Shown: positions 19,581 to 29,418, numbered from the whole stretch's first letter. The stretch: 63,006 nucleotides of DNA, filler included, from Actinomycetales bacterium (GCA_045807245.1; 4 parts of 4 records of this genome joined end to end with filler, not necessarily neighbours in it); one strand, 5' to 3'. The notes: generated by a model not told the origin, from the letters alone. Made by a program: numbers and translations.

Positions 19581-20684
19581 TCAGTCCGAGGCGAGGCCCG
19601 CGCTGCCCACGGCCGCCAGGCCCGAAGCCGTGCCCGTGCCGGTCAGGGCGCCGCCGGTCCCGATGCCGTAGCTGGCGACGGCACCCGAGCCCAACCGCAC
19701 GGAGAGGATCCGGCCGCTCGGCGAGATCGTCGCGTCGGTCGGCGCGCTGCCCGCGCCGGTAGTTGCCGCGGCCGCCGCAACGAGCGTCAGCGCACCATCG
19801 GAGCCGACCCGGTACGACGAGATGGACGCGCTCGCCGAGTTGACGACGAACGCCCACCCGCCCTGCGGCGTCGTGACCAGCCAGCACGGAGCGGCCTGAG
19901 TGTCGGACACCGCCGGGCTGATGACGTGCAGGCGGTCACCGAGCCGGTACGACGAGGCCGACCCGGCCGCCTCCGACACGAGGAGGTCGCCGTGCCGGTC
20001 GAAGTCGAACCCGTACGGCGTGACCCCGGCGCTCGGCGTACTCGTGGCCGCACCCGCGTAGCCGCCCGCGACCGGGAACACCTCGATCGCGTTCGTCGCG
20101 CGCTCGGTCACGACGAGGTGGCGGCCGTTGGGCTGGAACGAGACCTGCGCCGCGTCGGCCGTCCCCCCGGAAGTGCGCAGGTGACGCGTCGACCTGGGCA
20201 GCACCTGCAGCTTGCCGTTGGCACCGATCCGGAAGCCCGAGATCGTGCTGTCGCCCTGGTTCAGGACATAGGCCGTGTGCCCGTACGCCGTGACGCTGAC
20301 CGGCAGGTCGCCGCCCGACGGCACCACCGAGCGCAGCCTCAGCCCGTTGCTCGTGATGGCCAGCGACGAGACCGTGTCGTCGCCGCCGTTGACGACCAGC
20401 AGCAGGCTGCCCGAACGGACCAGGCCGCCCTGCGAGTGCAGCGACGCGCCGGCGCCCCGGCCGCCGGTGGCGACGGTGCCGTGCGCGGCCAGGTGGCCGT
20501 CGGCGTACCGGTCGAACACCTGCACGGCGTTCGGGCCGGCCACGTTCGTGGCTTCGTAGACATGGCCGACGAGCTGTTTCGCCGACGAGCCCGTCGCGGC
20601 GCCGGCGGAGGTGGCCGCAGTCACCGGTACGGCGAGCGCAGCGACGGCCGCCAGGCCGAGAGTGCGCGCGAGGTTGAGCTTCAC
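19581..20684 (-). CDS. Secreted lactonase-family beta-propeller protein
   Basis: Signal peptide; blade repeats (VVNGGDDTVSS, YVLNQG, LVVTER, PYGFDF, APCW). Confidence 0.82.
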   Translation of the reverse strand: MKLNLARTLGLAAVAALAVPVTAATSAGAATGSSAKQLVGHVYEATNVAGPNAVQVFDRYADGHLAAHGTVATGGRGAGASLHSQGGLVRSGSLLLVVNGGDDTVSSLAITSNGLRLRSVVPSGGDLPVSVTAYGHTAYVLNQGDSTISGFRIGANGKLQVLPRSTRHLRTSGGTADAAQVSFQPNGRHLVVTERATNAIEVFPVAGGYAGAATSTPSAGVTPYGFDFDRHGDLLVSEAAGSASSYRLGDRLHVISPAVSDTQAAPCWLVTTPQGGWAFVVNSASASISSYRVGSDGALTLVAAAAATTGAGSAPTDATISPSGRILSVRLGSGAVASYGIGTGGALTGTGTASGLAAVGSAGLASD

Positions 20685-20866
20685 GAGACGTCCTTCCGGA
20701 GAGAGGAGGTTCTGGGAACGTCTCGAGTCAACGGGCGGGCCGACGCCCCCGGCTAGGTCTGTCGCATCGCCGTAAGCGTGCGGTCAGGTGCCCGTCAGCG
20801 CTCGGAAAGGTCCCACCTGGGCGGGGTACACGATGGCGGGGTGCACGACGGCGGCCGAGCGAACGC

Positions 20867-22249
20867 TCAGGCCAGCTCGATGCGCCGCACCCGGTGGTGA
20901 CCGCGGGGCGCCGGCAGCAGCAACGGGCGCAGCAACACGATGAGGACGGCGCTCACCAGCGCGACGCCGGCGACCACGGAGCTCGCCGGCCAGACCGTCG
21001 CGGCCGCACCACCCAGGACGACCGCGACGGTCTGCACGCCGTACATGCCGGTCATTGCCAGCCCGAACGCGCGCCCCCGCGCCTCGCTGGGCACCGCCAG
21101 CGCGAACGCGGTGTTCGCGCTGACCTGGAAGGAGCTGAAGACGCCCGCGAGCGCGAACAGGACGCAGGTCACCGCGAGACCGGGCTGGGCCGCGCAGCCG
21201 ACCAACGGGACCGTGCCCAGGAGCGCCATCGGCCACATGACCGCGCGCCGCTGGCGGTCGGTCATCACGCGACCGACCGCGACCGAACCGACGACGTGAC
21301 CGGTCGCGACCGCTGCCATGAGCAGTCCGACCGCAGCCGCGCCGTACCCCAGCGTGTGGGCGTACGCGGTGGCGATGCCTTCCGGTACGACGATGTACGC
21401 CGCTCCGGCCAGCCCCAGAAGGAGCGGGCCGAAGCGGCGCCTGTCGGCCGCGACGACACGAAGTCCGGCAACCGCATCCCCGAGCAACCCGGTGGACGGG
21501 ACTTCGGCCATCGCGGCCGGACGCGGCCGGAGCCGCGCCGAGAGGAGGAGCGCCGACAGCGCGAACGTGAGCGCGTCGAGCGCGAGGGCGCCGCTGGGCG
21601 TGATCGCGGCGACCAGGATCCCGCCACCGGCGAACCCGGCCAGCATGCTGAACTGGGTCACCGTCGACCGGATCGAGATGGCGAGCGGATAGCGCTCGCC
21701 GTCGAGCACCTTGGGCAGCGTCGAGGAGACCGCCGCGTCGAACGGCGGGGCCAGGAACGCGGCCACGAGCACCAACAGTCCGACGACCGGCAACGGCAGC
21801 CCCGGCACCGCGGCCACGCCGATCAGGGCAGCGCGAGCCAGGTCGGCCCCGATCATCACCCGCCGGGCCGGCAACCGGTCCGCGAGCACCGACAGCAGCG
21901 GTCCACCCACGGCCCACGGCACGAACGCCGTCGCGTACCCGAGCGCAGCGAGCAACGGTGAGCCGGAGCGCTCGTACAGGAGCACCGCGACCGCGACCGC
22001 GGCCACCTGGTCGCCCAGGAGGGAGAACAGCTCGGCCGTGAACATCCCGCGGTACTCGCGCACCGCGAAGACGTCCCGGTACCGGGCCGGGCCCTGCTCG
22101 GTCCGGTCGTCGCGCTGCTCCACCTGGACGGTGGACACGATCGAAGGCCCGGGTGCTCTCTCCTGCACGCCGGGCGCTTCGACCAGCACGACTGCCGGGC
22201 TGTCCGACGGGGGAGGTGCGGACACCAACAGGTCGTCAGAGATAGTCAT
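20867..22249 (-). CDS. MFS transporter (DHA3/macrolide-efflux-like)
   Basis: About 12 TM segments, SLLGDQ, LADRLPARRVMIGADLAR, VPSEARGRAFG. Confidence 0.9.
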   Translation of the reverse strand: MTISDDLLVSAPPPSDSPAVVLVEAPGVQERAPGPSIVSTVQVEQRDDRTEQGPARYRDVFAVREYRGMFTAELFSLLGDQVAAVAVAVLLYERSGSPLLAALGYATAFVPWAVGGPLLSVLADRLPARRVMIGADLARAALIGVAAVPGLPLPVVGLLVLVAAFLAPPFDAAVSSTLPKVLDGERYPLAISIRSTVTQFSMLAGFAGGGILVAAITPSGALALDALTFALSALLLSARLRPRPAAMAEVPSTGLLGDAVAGLRVVAADRRRFGPLLLGLAGAAYIVVPEGIATAYAHTLGYGAAAVGLLMAAVATGHVVGSVAVGRVMTDRQRRAVMWPMALLGTVPLVGCAAQPGLAVTCVLFALAGVFSSFQVSANTAFALAVPSEARGRAFGLAMTGMYGVQTVAVVLGGAAATVWPASSVVAGVALVSAVLIVLLRPLLLPAPRGHHRVRRIELA

Positions 22250-22250
22250 G

Positions 22251-22277
22251 TCAGACGGTCCATTTAACCGATCGCAC
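22251..22277 (-). CDS. Putative 8-aa peptide MRSVKWTV (or MAVRSVKWTV from ATG 22283) directly upstream of the MFS
   Basis: AAAGAGGTG Shine-Dalgarno 6 nt before GTG; TGA stop 1 nt before the MFS ATG, which has no evident SD of its own. Confidence 0.5.
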   Translation of the reverse strand: MRSVKWTV

Positions 22278-22351
22278 CGCCATCACCTCTTTCTCTGTCG
22301 TCCCCTGCTGCTGAGCCGGGCTCTCTGGCGAGCACGAGATTTCCGGGAGGC

Positions 22352-22380
22352 GCCTGCAAAACCCTGAACGAGCCCTGAAC
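22352..22380. promoter_or_regulatory. Direct repeats with about 11-bp period (SARP/OmpR-type sites)
   Basis: CCCTGAAC at 22362 and 22373, degenerate GCCTGCA at 22352. Confidence 0.55.
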
Positions 22381-22411
22381 AGGGCCGGCTGGGTGGCCCT
22401 ACTGTTCAACG

Positions 22412-23918
22412 GTGCCGACAGAGCACCGCGTCGAGATCCGCCTGCTGGGCCCCTTGGAGGTCCTGGTCGACGGGCACGCGGTCACGCTCGGCGGCCCCCA
22501 GCCGCGGGCTCTGCTGAGCCTTCTGTCCCTTTCGGCCGGTACGACGGTGGGCACGGACCGTCTGGTCGACGGCGTGTGGGGAGAGACCCGGCCGCCCGCG
22601 GGAGCGGCGAACAGCCTGCAGGTCTACGTGTCTCGCCTCCGCCGGGCCCTGGCCGTCGGCGCGGAGGCCGAGCCGCTCATCCGCAGCGGCTCGGGCGGCT
22701 ACCTGCTCGACGTCCCCAGCGACGCCGTCGACGCGACCCGGTTCGAACGGCTCGCCGACGAGGGGCACGACCAGCTCGCGGCCGGTCACGTCCAGGCGGC
22801 GCGAGGGACGCTGATGGAGGCGGTCGGCCTGTGGCGCGGGCGGCCGCTGCCGGACCTCGACGGTGAGGACGTGTCCGCCGTCCGCACCCGGCTCGAGACG
22901 CGGCACGTGACCGCGCGGGCCGAGCACGCCGAAGCGCTGACCCGGCTCGGCCGGCCCGCGGACGCGGTGGCCGAGCTCGAGCAGCTGGTCCGGCTGTACC
23001 CGCTCGACGAGGCCCTGGTCGGCCGGCTGATGACGGCGCTGTACCACTCGGGCCGCCAGGCGGACGCGCTCGCCGCGTACGCCGCCGCCACGTCCCAGCT
23101 CGCCGACGAGCTCGGCGTCGACCCCGGCCCGTCGTTGCGCGCGGTCCAGACCGCCGTGCTACGGCAGGAGCTGGCGCCGCTGCCGGCACCGGAGCCGGCG
23201 ACCCCCCAGGAACGTAGCCGGCGGGCCGGCGACGTTCCGCGCGCGCCGACAGCGGCAGCACCGAAACCGCTGGAGCGGCTGCGCAGCCCGGGCTCCGAGC
23301 TGTTCGGGCGGGAGGCCGAGCTCGAGCGCGCCCTCGCGCTGCTGGCCGACCCGGACGTCAGGGTCGTGACCCTCGTCGGCCCTGGCGGCATCGGCAAGAC
23401 CCGGCTGGCCCTGGCCATCGCCGAGCAGGTCGCCGCGACCACGCGCACTGCCGTCGTACCGCTCTCCACGGTGTCGGACGAGGACGAGCTGCTGGCCACG
23501 GTCGTCCAGGTGCTCGGGTTCGAGCCGGAGTGGCCGGGGCAGGACCTGGTCGACCTGCTCGCCGAAGAGCTCGGCGAGCAGCGCGTCGTCGTCGTGCTCG
23601 ACAACCTCGAGCAGATGGTGACGGCCTCCCGGCTCGCGCACACCGTGGTCGAGCTGGTGGACCGGATCCCCGGGCTGCGTCTGGTCCTGACCAGCCGGAT
23701 CGCCCTGCGCCTGCGCGACGAGCACCAGGTGCCGTTGGGACCGCTCGCCGTACCGGCGGCGAACGCCACCGACCCCGAAGAGGTGCAGGCGAGCGCATCC
23801 GTGCAGCTGTTCGTGGATCGGGCCCGGGCCGTTGCACCGGGTTTCGCCGTGACGGCCGACAACGCGGCCGCGGTCGCCGAGCTGTGCCGGATGCTCGACG
23901 GTCAGCCGTTGGCGCTGG
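22412..23918 (+). CDS. AfsR/SARP-type regulator (wHTH-BTAD-P-loop ATPase), truncated by contig end
   Basis: IRLLGPLEV, LQVYVSRLRR, LWRGRPL, ELGVDPG, GPGGIGKT, VVLDNLE. Confidence 0.92.
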
Positions 23919-24018
23919 NNNNNNNNNNNNNNNNNNNNNNNNNNNNNNNNNNNNNNNNNNNNTTAATTAATTAANNNNNNNNNNNNNNNNNNNNNNNNNN
24001 NNNNNNNNNNNNNNNNNN
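23919..24018. other. Artificial contig linker
   Basis: N run, TTAATTAATTAA (stops in all six frames), N run. Confidence 0.99.
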
Positions 24019-24020
24019 AG

Positions 24021-24146
24021 CGGTTCGTCGAGAACGGACGCTTTCCCTGGTCCTCGCAGCGGCGGGCGACGCTGGCCGAGGTGCAGCGGATCGGAGACGT
24101 CGCCCTCCTGCAGTACGCACTGTCAGACCGGTTCGGGGCCTCATGA
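24021..24146 (+). CDS. 3' end of a probable RibD C-terminal (DHFR-like) domain protein
   Basis: [10 protein letters not shown]...[17 protein letters not shown]; stop overlaps ribA start (ATGA). Confidence 0.6.
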   Translation, partial: RFVENGRFPWSSQRRATLAEVQRIGDVALLQYALSDRFGAS

Positions 24147-24769
24147 CCGTCAACGCAGTCCGCACCGCGACCATCCGCCGCCAGGTGGTCATCGACATGC
24201 GCCTGGGCGACCTGGTCACGCCGGCCCGGCTCGTGACCTTCCACGGACTGGCTGACGGCCGCGAGCATCTGGCCATCGGTCTCGGCGAGCCGGGTCAGGT
24301 GCCGCTGGTCCGGTTGCACAGCGAGTGCCTCACCGGTGACGCCTTGGGCAGCGAGCGCTGCGACTGCGGACCGCAGCTGCGGGAGGCGGTCCAGCGGATC
24401 AGTGTCGTCGGGGGGTACCTGCTGTACCTGCGTCAGGAAGGCCGTGGCATCGGCCTGTACGACAAGCTCGACGCGTATGCGCTGCAGGACCAGGGTCTTG
24501 ACACGTACGACGCGAACCTCGCCCTCGGCCACGCCCCGGACGAGCGCGACTACACCGTCGCAGCCCAGATGCTGCGTGCCCTCGGCGTCTGCACCATCGC
24601 GCTGCTCAGCAACAACCCGGACAAGCGCGCCCAGCTGGTCGACAACGGCATCGTGGTGACCCGGCAGGTCACGACCGCGGTGCACGTGTCCGGCACGAAC
24701 GTCCGTTACCTGACCGCCAAGGCCGCGCGCGGTGGCCACGACCTCGGCCAGGTGCTCGAGTCGCTCTAA
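24143..24769 (+). CDS. ribA: GTP cyclohydrolase II
   Basis: [38 protein letters not shown]. Confidence 0.92.
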   Translation: MTVNAVRTATIRRQVVIDMRLGDLVTPARLVTFHGLADGREHLAIGLGEPGQVPLVRLHSECLTGDALGSERCDCGPQLREAVQRISVVGGYLLYLRQEGRGIGLYDKLDAYALQDQGLDTYDANLALGHAPDERDYTVAAQMLRALGVCTIALLSNNPDKRAQLVDNGIVVTRQVTTAVHVSGTNVRYLTAKAARGGHDLGQVLESL

Positions 24770-24779
24770 CCTGGGGCCC

Positions 24780-25949
24780 GTGACGACGGCCGACGGCGAG
24801 GAGCCGGGGTGGTTCAGGAACCCGGACGCGCGTACGTTCCGGGCACCGGCTGCCGACCACGCCGGCGCGGCCCGGCGCTTCCACCGCACCGTGCCGGGCT
24901 ACGCGATGACGCAGCTGACCGACGTACCCGACCTGGCCCGGCGCTGGCGCGTCGGGCGCGTCTTCGTGAAGGACGAGTCGACCCGGTTCGGGCTGCCGGC
25001 CTTCAAAGCACTCGGTGCCTCGTGGGCCATCGCGCGCATCCTCGCTGAGCGCTCGGGATCGGCGGGCCTCCCGACGTACGACGACGCGCTCGCCGCTGCG
25101 GCCGACCAGGAGCTGTGTCTGGTGACTGCGACCGACGGCAACCACGGCCGGGCCGTGGCCCATTTCGCCCGGCTGCTCGGGCTGCGTTCGGTCGTGGTGA
25201 TCCCGGACTTCGTCGGGGTCGAGCCGGAGCGGGCCATCGCCGGTGAGGGCGCCGAGGTGCGCCGGGTCGAGGGCACCTACGACGACGCCGTCCGCGCGGC
25301 CGTGGAGCTGGCCGACGCGGCGCACGGCGCGGACGAGCGAATCCTGGTGCAGGACATGGGCTGGCCGGGCTACGAGTCCGTGCCCGCCTGGATCGTCGAC
25401 GGCTACGCCACGATGGCCGACGAGGTGAGTGAGCAGCTGGCCGCGTCGGGAGTCGGCGCGCCCGACCTGGTGGCGGTCCCGGTGGGCGTGGGCTCCCTGG
25501 CCGCCGCCATGGTGGCGTACTACCGCGGACCCGACTCGTCCCCGCGCCCCGCGGTGCTCTCCTGCGAGCCCGCGTCCGCGGCCTGCCTGCTGGCCAGCCT
25601 GAGCGCGGCTCGACCGGTCACGGTGCCCACCGGCCACACGGTGATGGCCGGGCTCAACTGCGGCACGGTGTCCGGCGCAGCCTGGCCGCTGCTGCAGTCC
25701 GGGGTAGACGCAGCAGTCACCGTGACCGAGGACCAGGCAACGCGGGCCGTTGCGGAGCTGGCCGGTTTCGGCGTCAGTGCCGGTGCGTCCGGGGCGGCAA
25801 CGCTGGCCGGCGTCGACGCGGCGCTCTCCGGCTCCGGAGCCGGACAGCGGCGGGCCGACCTGGGACTGCACGCGGGCTCCGTCGTCGTGCTACTCAACAC
25901 CGAGGGGGCGACGGGCGCGGGTGGCCTGCGGTCCGAGCGCGACCGTTGA
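24780..25949 (+). CDS. Diaminopropionate ammonia-lyase-like PLP enzyme
   Basis: KDESTRFGLPAFKALGASW, ATDGNHGRAVA, PVGVGSLA, MAGLNCG. Confidence 0.85.
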   Translation: MTTADGEEPGWFRNPDARTFRAPAADHAGAARRFHRTVPGYAMTQLTDVPDLARRWRVGRVFVKDESTRFGLPAFKALGASWAIARILAERSGSAGLPTYDDALAAAADQELCLVTATDGNHGRAVAHFARLLGLRSVVVIPDFVGVEPERAIAGEGAEVRRVEGTYDDAVRAAVELADAAHGADERILVQDMGWPGYESVPAWIVDGYATMADEVSEQLAASGVGAPDLVAVPVGVGSLAAAMVAYYRGPDSSPRPAVLSCEPASAACLLASLSAARPVTVPTGHTVMAGLNCGTVSGAAWPLLQSGVDAAVTVTEDQATRAVAELAGFGVSAGASGAATLAGVDAALSGSGAGQRRADLGLHAGSVVVLLNTEGATGAGGLRSERDR

Positions 25950-26013
25950 CGCCGCCGTACCGGCCGTGGTTAGTCTGCAGACACCGACCGCACCGTCAGA
26001 CAGGGGAGCACTC

Positions 26014-26424
26014 ATGAGCTCGCGACTGAACCCGTACATCCAGTTCAAGGACAACGCCCGCCAGGCGATGGAGTTCTACCAGACGGTCTTCGGGGGCGAG
26101 CTGGCCATCAACACGTTCGCCGACTTCGGGGCCGGCGACGGTGCGGACGCCAACCTGGTGATGCACTCCCAGCTCGAGACGCCCAAGGGCTACACGCTGA
26201 TGGGTGCGGACACTCCGGCGCACATGGAGTACGCCGAGGGCGCCCGGATTACGGTCAGCCTCAGCGGCACCGAGGGCGACGAGCTGCGCGGCTACTGGGA
26301 CAAGCTCTCCGGCACCGGCACGGTCACCGTGCCACTGGAGAAGCAGATGTGGGGCGACGAGTTCGGCATGTGCCGCGACCAGTTCGGCATCGACTGGATG
26401 GTCAACATCGGGCAGCCCGCGTAA
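26014..26424 (+). CDS. VOC/PhnB-family protein
   Basis: LNPYIQF, ARQAMEFYQTVFGG, MWGDEFGMCRDQFGIDWMVN. Confidence 0.9.
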   Translation: MSSRLNPYIQFKDNARQAMEFYQTVFGGELAINTFADFGAGDGADANLVMHSQLETPKGYTLMGADTPAHMEYAEGARITVSLSGTEGDELRGYWDKLSGTGTVTVPLEKQMWGDEFGMCRDQFGIDWMVNIGQPA

Positions 26425-26457
26425 CACGTATCGGCGCACCAGGCGCGGCCCGACGGG

Positions 26458-28140
26458 CTAGGCGTAGAAGAGCCGTTCGACGACTTGACGGGACCGCCTG
26501 GTGAGCCGGAGGTAGTCGTCCTCGGCCGCCTGGCCCGCGCCGGGCGGATAACCGAGGATGCGGGCCACTCCGTCCCGGTCGCGCAGGTCCCCGGGCAGGG
26601 AGTCCACCGGCCGGCCCCGCCACAGCGCGGTTGCGTTGCGCCACCGTGAGGCCAGCGACCAGGCGTCCCGCAGGACGCTGCCGTCGACGGGCGTCACGAG
26701 GCCCGCCGTGACCGCCGCGGCGAGGGCGGGCAGCGTGCCGGTGGTCCGCAGTCCCTCGACCTGGGCGGCGTACTGGAGCTGCAGCAGCTGGACCGTCCAC
26801 TCGACGTCAGCCAACCCACCGCGGCCCAGCTTGAAGTGCCGGTTGGGGTCGCCCCCCTTGGGCAGTCGCTCCGCCTCCACCCGGGCCTTGATCCGCCGCA
26901 CCTCGCGGACATCGGCGCTGGACAGGCCGCCCACGGGTCGGCGGAACGGCTCGATCATCTGCTCGAACGCCTTGCCCAGCTCGGCGTCACCAGCCACCGG
27001 TCGCGCCCGCAGCAGCGCCTGCGCCTCCCACACCAGGGACCAGCGCTCGTAGTAGCTGCGGTACGACGCGAGGCTGCGCACCAACGGTCCGTTCTTGCCC
27101 TCCGGCCGCAGACCGACGTCGAGCTCGATCGCCGCCTCCGGTCCCGGTACCGACAGGAGCCGGCGCAGCTCGGTGACGACGGCCGACGCGCCCTCGAGCG
27201 CAGCCGTGTCGCCGCCGTCCTCGACCGGGTCGTAGACGAACATCGCGTCGGCGTCGCTGCCGTAGCCCAGCTCTGCGCCGCCGAAGCGACCCATCCCGAC
27301 GACCAGCAGCCGGACGGGTACCGGCTCGCCGGTCCGCAGCTCGACCCGACGGATCGCCAGGTCCAGCACGCCGCTGACCACCGCGGCCGTCAGGTCGGTC
27401 AAGGCGGTGCCCACCTGCTCGAGGTCACTGTGCCCGACCAGATCGGCGACCGAGGTGCGGAACAGCTCGCGCCGGCGGATCACCCGGGCGCTCTCCAGGG
27501 CCTCGTCCGGGTCGTCCTGCCGCCGGATGGCGGCGAGCACCTCGTCCCTGAGCGCGGCCGCCGGCCGGGGGCTCAGCCCCGAGTCATCGCCGAGCATGAG
27601 TGCGGCCTCCGGCGCCCGCTGGAGCAGGTCCGCGGCGTACTGGCTGCGGGACAGCACGTGCGCCATGCGTTCGGCCGCCGAACCGCTGTCGCGCAGCATC
27701 TTGAGGTACCAGTGCGTGCGGCCCAGCTGGTCGCTGACCCGGCGGAACGCCAGCAGCCCAGCGTCCGGGTCGGCCTCGTCGGCGAACCAACCGAGCATGA
27801 CCGGCAGCAGCGTGCGTTGCATGGCCGCCCGGCGGCTCACCCCCTCGGTGAGCGCGGCGATGTGCCTCATGGCAGCACCTGGATCGCGGAAACCCAACGC
27901 GGACAAGCGTTCTCGCGCAGCCTCGGGGCTCAGCTTCGCGTCATCCGAGCTCAGCCGGGCCACGGCCGCGAGCAGCGGGCGGTAGAAGATCCGCTCGTGC
28001 AGCCGCCGGACCTCGCGGGCCTGCCGCTGCCACTGACCCTGCACGGAGTGCGCGGGGTTCGCCCGATGACCCATACTCCGGCCGAGCCATCGCAGGTCGT
28101 CCTCGCTCGTCGGCATGAGATGAGTGCGACGCAGCCGGTG
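26458..28140 (-). CDS. glnE: Glutamine synthetase adenylyltransferase, 3' part
   Basis: LHERIFYRPLL, GMGRFGGAELGYGSDAD, LRPEGKNGPLVRS, KLGRGGLADVEW. Confidence 0.95.
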   Translation of the reverse strand, partial: HRLRRTHLMPTSEDDLRWLGRSMGHRANPAHSVQGQWQRQAREVRRLHERIFYRPLLAAVARLSSDDAKLSPEAARERLSALGFRDPGAAMRHIAALTEGVSRRAAMQRTLLPVMLGWFADEADPDAGLLAFRRVSDQLGRTHWYLKMLRDSGSAAERMAHVLSRSQYAADLLQRAPEAALMLGDDSGLSPRPAAALRDEVLAAIRRQDDPDEALESARVIRRRELFRTSVADLVGHSDLEQVGTALTDLTAAVVSGVLDLAIRRVELRTGEPVPVRLLVVGMGRFGGAELGYGSDADAMFVYDPVEDGGDTAALEGASAVVTELRRLLSVPGPEAAIELDVGLRPEGKNGPLVRSLASYRSYYERWSLVWEAQALLRARPVAGDAELGKAFEQMIEPFRRPVGGLSSADVREVRRIKARVEAERLPKGGDPNRHFKLGRGGLADVEWTVQLLQLQYAAQVEGLRTTGTLPALAAAVTAGLVTPVDGSVLRDAWSLASRWRNATALWRGRPVDSLPGDLRDRDGVARILGYPPGAGQAAEDDYLRLTRRSRQVVERLFYA

Positions 28141-28240
28141 NNNNNNNNNNNNNNNNNNNNNNNNNNNNNNNNNNNNNNNNNNNNTTAATTAATTAANNNN
28201 NNNNNNNNNNNNNNNNNNNNNNNNNNNNNNNNNNNNNNNN
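28141..28240. other. Artificial contig linker
   Basis: N-TTAATTAATTAA-N. Confidence 0.99.
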
Positions 28241-28311
28241 ATCTCGCGTTCAACGGTCGCTGCGTCGTGCTCGATGGTCGCTGCGTCGTGCTCGATGGTC
28301 GCTGCGCTCAT
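28241..28311 (-). CDS. 5' end of gene divergent from lexA (by synteny probably a LysM-type SOS division inhibitor)
   Basis: AGGAGG then MSAATIEHDAATIEHDAATVERE; SOS boxes immediately upstream; identity inferred from position only. Confidence 0.5.
28255..28306. repeat. 21-bp tandem repeat x2.5
   Basis: GGTCGCTGCGTCGTGCTCGAT repeated. Confidence 0.9.
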
Positions 28312-28334
28312 GATGCCGGCCTCCTGGGAAGAGA

Positions 28335-28366
28335 TCGAACGGATGTTCGATCGAACGCCTGTACGA
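28335..28366. promoter_or_regulatory. Two abutting LexA (SOS) boxes
   Basis: TCGAAC-GGAT-GTTCGA and TCGAAC-GCCT-GTACGA. Confidence 0.88.
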
Positions 28367-28404
28367 GTTCTAACACGTCGATCCGACATTCGTCCACAGA
28401 CACG

Positions 28405-28420
28405 TCGAACACATGTTTGA
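28405..28420. promoter_or_regulatory. LexA (SOS) box at lexA promoter
   Basis: TCGAAC-ACAT-GTTTGA. Confidence 0.88.
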
Positions 28421-28515
28421 AACTGCTGTACGAACCCCGTACGTTCTGAGTCAGCAGAGCGGCAAGCTCGGACATGGACACAGGACATCAGCCACCACCG
28501 ACAGCGGGAGGGGTC

Positions 28516-29418
28516 ATGGCGCGCAGGCAGACCGGACAAGCCAGCACAAACAGCACGGCCGGCAATACGCCCGGCAGTACGCCCGGCAGCACGGCCGGCA
28601 GTACGGCCGGCACCAAAGGCAAGGCGGGCGCGACGGGGGCACCGGCGGGCAAACCGGCCGCCAAGCGAGCGGCCAAGACCAAGGCTCAGCCGGCCCGCCG
28701 CGGCCGCCCCAGCAACGAGGTGATCGTCCAGGAGTACGGCGACCTCGGCGGCGGGGACGGGCTGACGGCCCGCCAGCGCCGGGTGCTGGAGGAGATCCGC
28801 GACAGCGTCGAGCGTCGTGGCTACCCGCCGAGCATGCGCGAGATCGGCATCGCGGTCGGCCTGACCAGCCCCAGCAGCGTCGCCCACCAGCTGGCCGCGT
28901 TGGAGCGCAAGGGGTTCCTGCGCCGCGACCCGAACCGGCCACGCGCCATCGAGGTGTTCATGCCGGGCGAGACCCGCGGGGTGCGCTACCAGGACTCGGC
29001 GGCCGCGACGTACGACGACACCGGTGTGGGCGACGCCCGTCCGGAGGCGTCGTACGTGCCGGTGCTCGGCCGGATCGCCGCCGGTGGCCCGATCCTGGCC
29101 GAGGAGGCGGTGGAGGACGTGTTCCCGCTCCCCCGCCAGATCGTCGGCGACGGGTCCCTGTTCCTGCTCAAAGTGGTCGGCGACTCGATGGTCGACGCCG
29201 CCATCTGCGACGGCGACTGGGTCGTCGTCCGTCAGCAGTCAGACGCCGTCAACGGGGACATCGTGGCGGCCATGCTCGACGGCGAGGCGACCGTCAAGAC
29301 GTTCCGGCGCAAGGACGGCCACCTCTGGCTCATGCCGCACAACGCGGCGTACGACCCGATCGACGGCGACCACGCCGTGATCCTGGGCCGGGTCCAAGCG
29401 GTGCTGCGCAAGGTCTAG
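28516..29418 (+). CDS. lexA: SOS repressor LexA
   Basis: [20 protein letters not shown] cleavage site, GDSM, ATVK; GGGAGG before ATG 28516. Confidence 0.96.
   Translation: MARRQTGQASTNSTAGNTPGSTPGSTAGSTAGTKGKAGATGAPAGKPAAKRAAKTKAQPARRGRPSNEVIVQEYGDLGGGDGLTARQRRVLEEIRDSVERRGYPPSMREIGIAVGLTSPSSVAHQLAALERKGFLRRDPNRPRAIEVFMPGETRGVRYQDSAAATYDDTGVGDARPEASYVPVLGRIAAGGPILAEEAVEDVFPLPRQIVGDGSLFLLKVVGDSMVDAAICDGDWVVVRQQSDAVNGDIVAAMLDGEATVKTFRRKDGHLWLMPHNAAYDPIDGDHAVILGRVQAVLRKV
28552..28611. repeat. 12-bp imperfect tandem repeat x5 in the lexA 5' extension
   Basis: ARYACGSCCGGC units encoding S/N-T-A/P-G. Confidence 0.85.

Noticed and set aside
23919..24018. TTAATTAATTAA palindrome flanked by Ns (also 28141-28240 and 46523-46622)
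   Set aside because: Identical artificial six-frame-stop contig linker; gene adjacency across it is not biological
28255..28611. Short repeats near lexA as a possible CRISPR array
   Set aside because: Tandem in-frame coding repeats with no unique spacers and no cas genes
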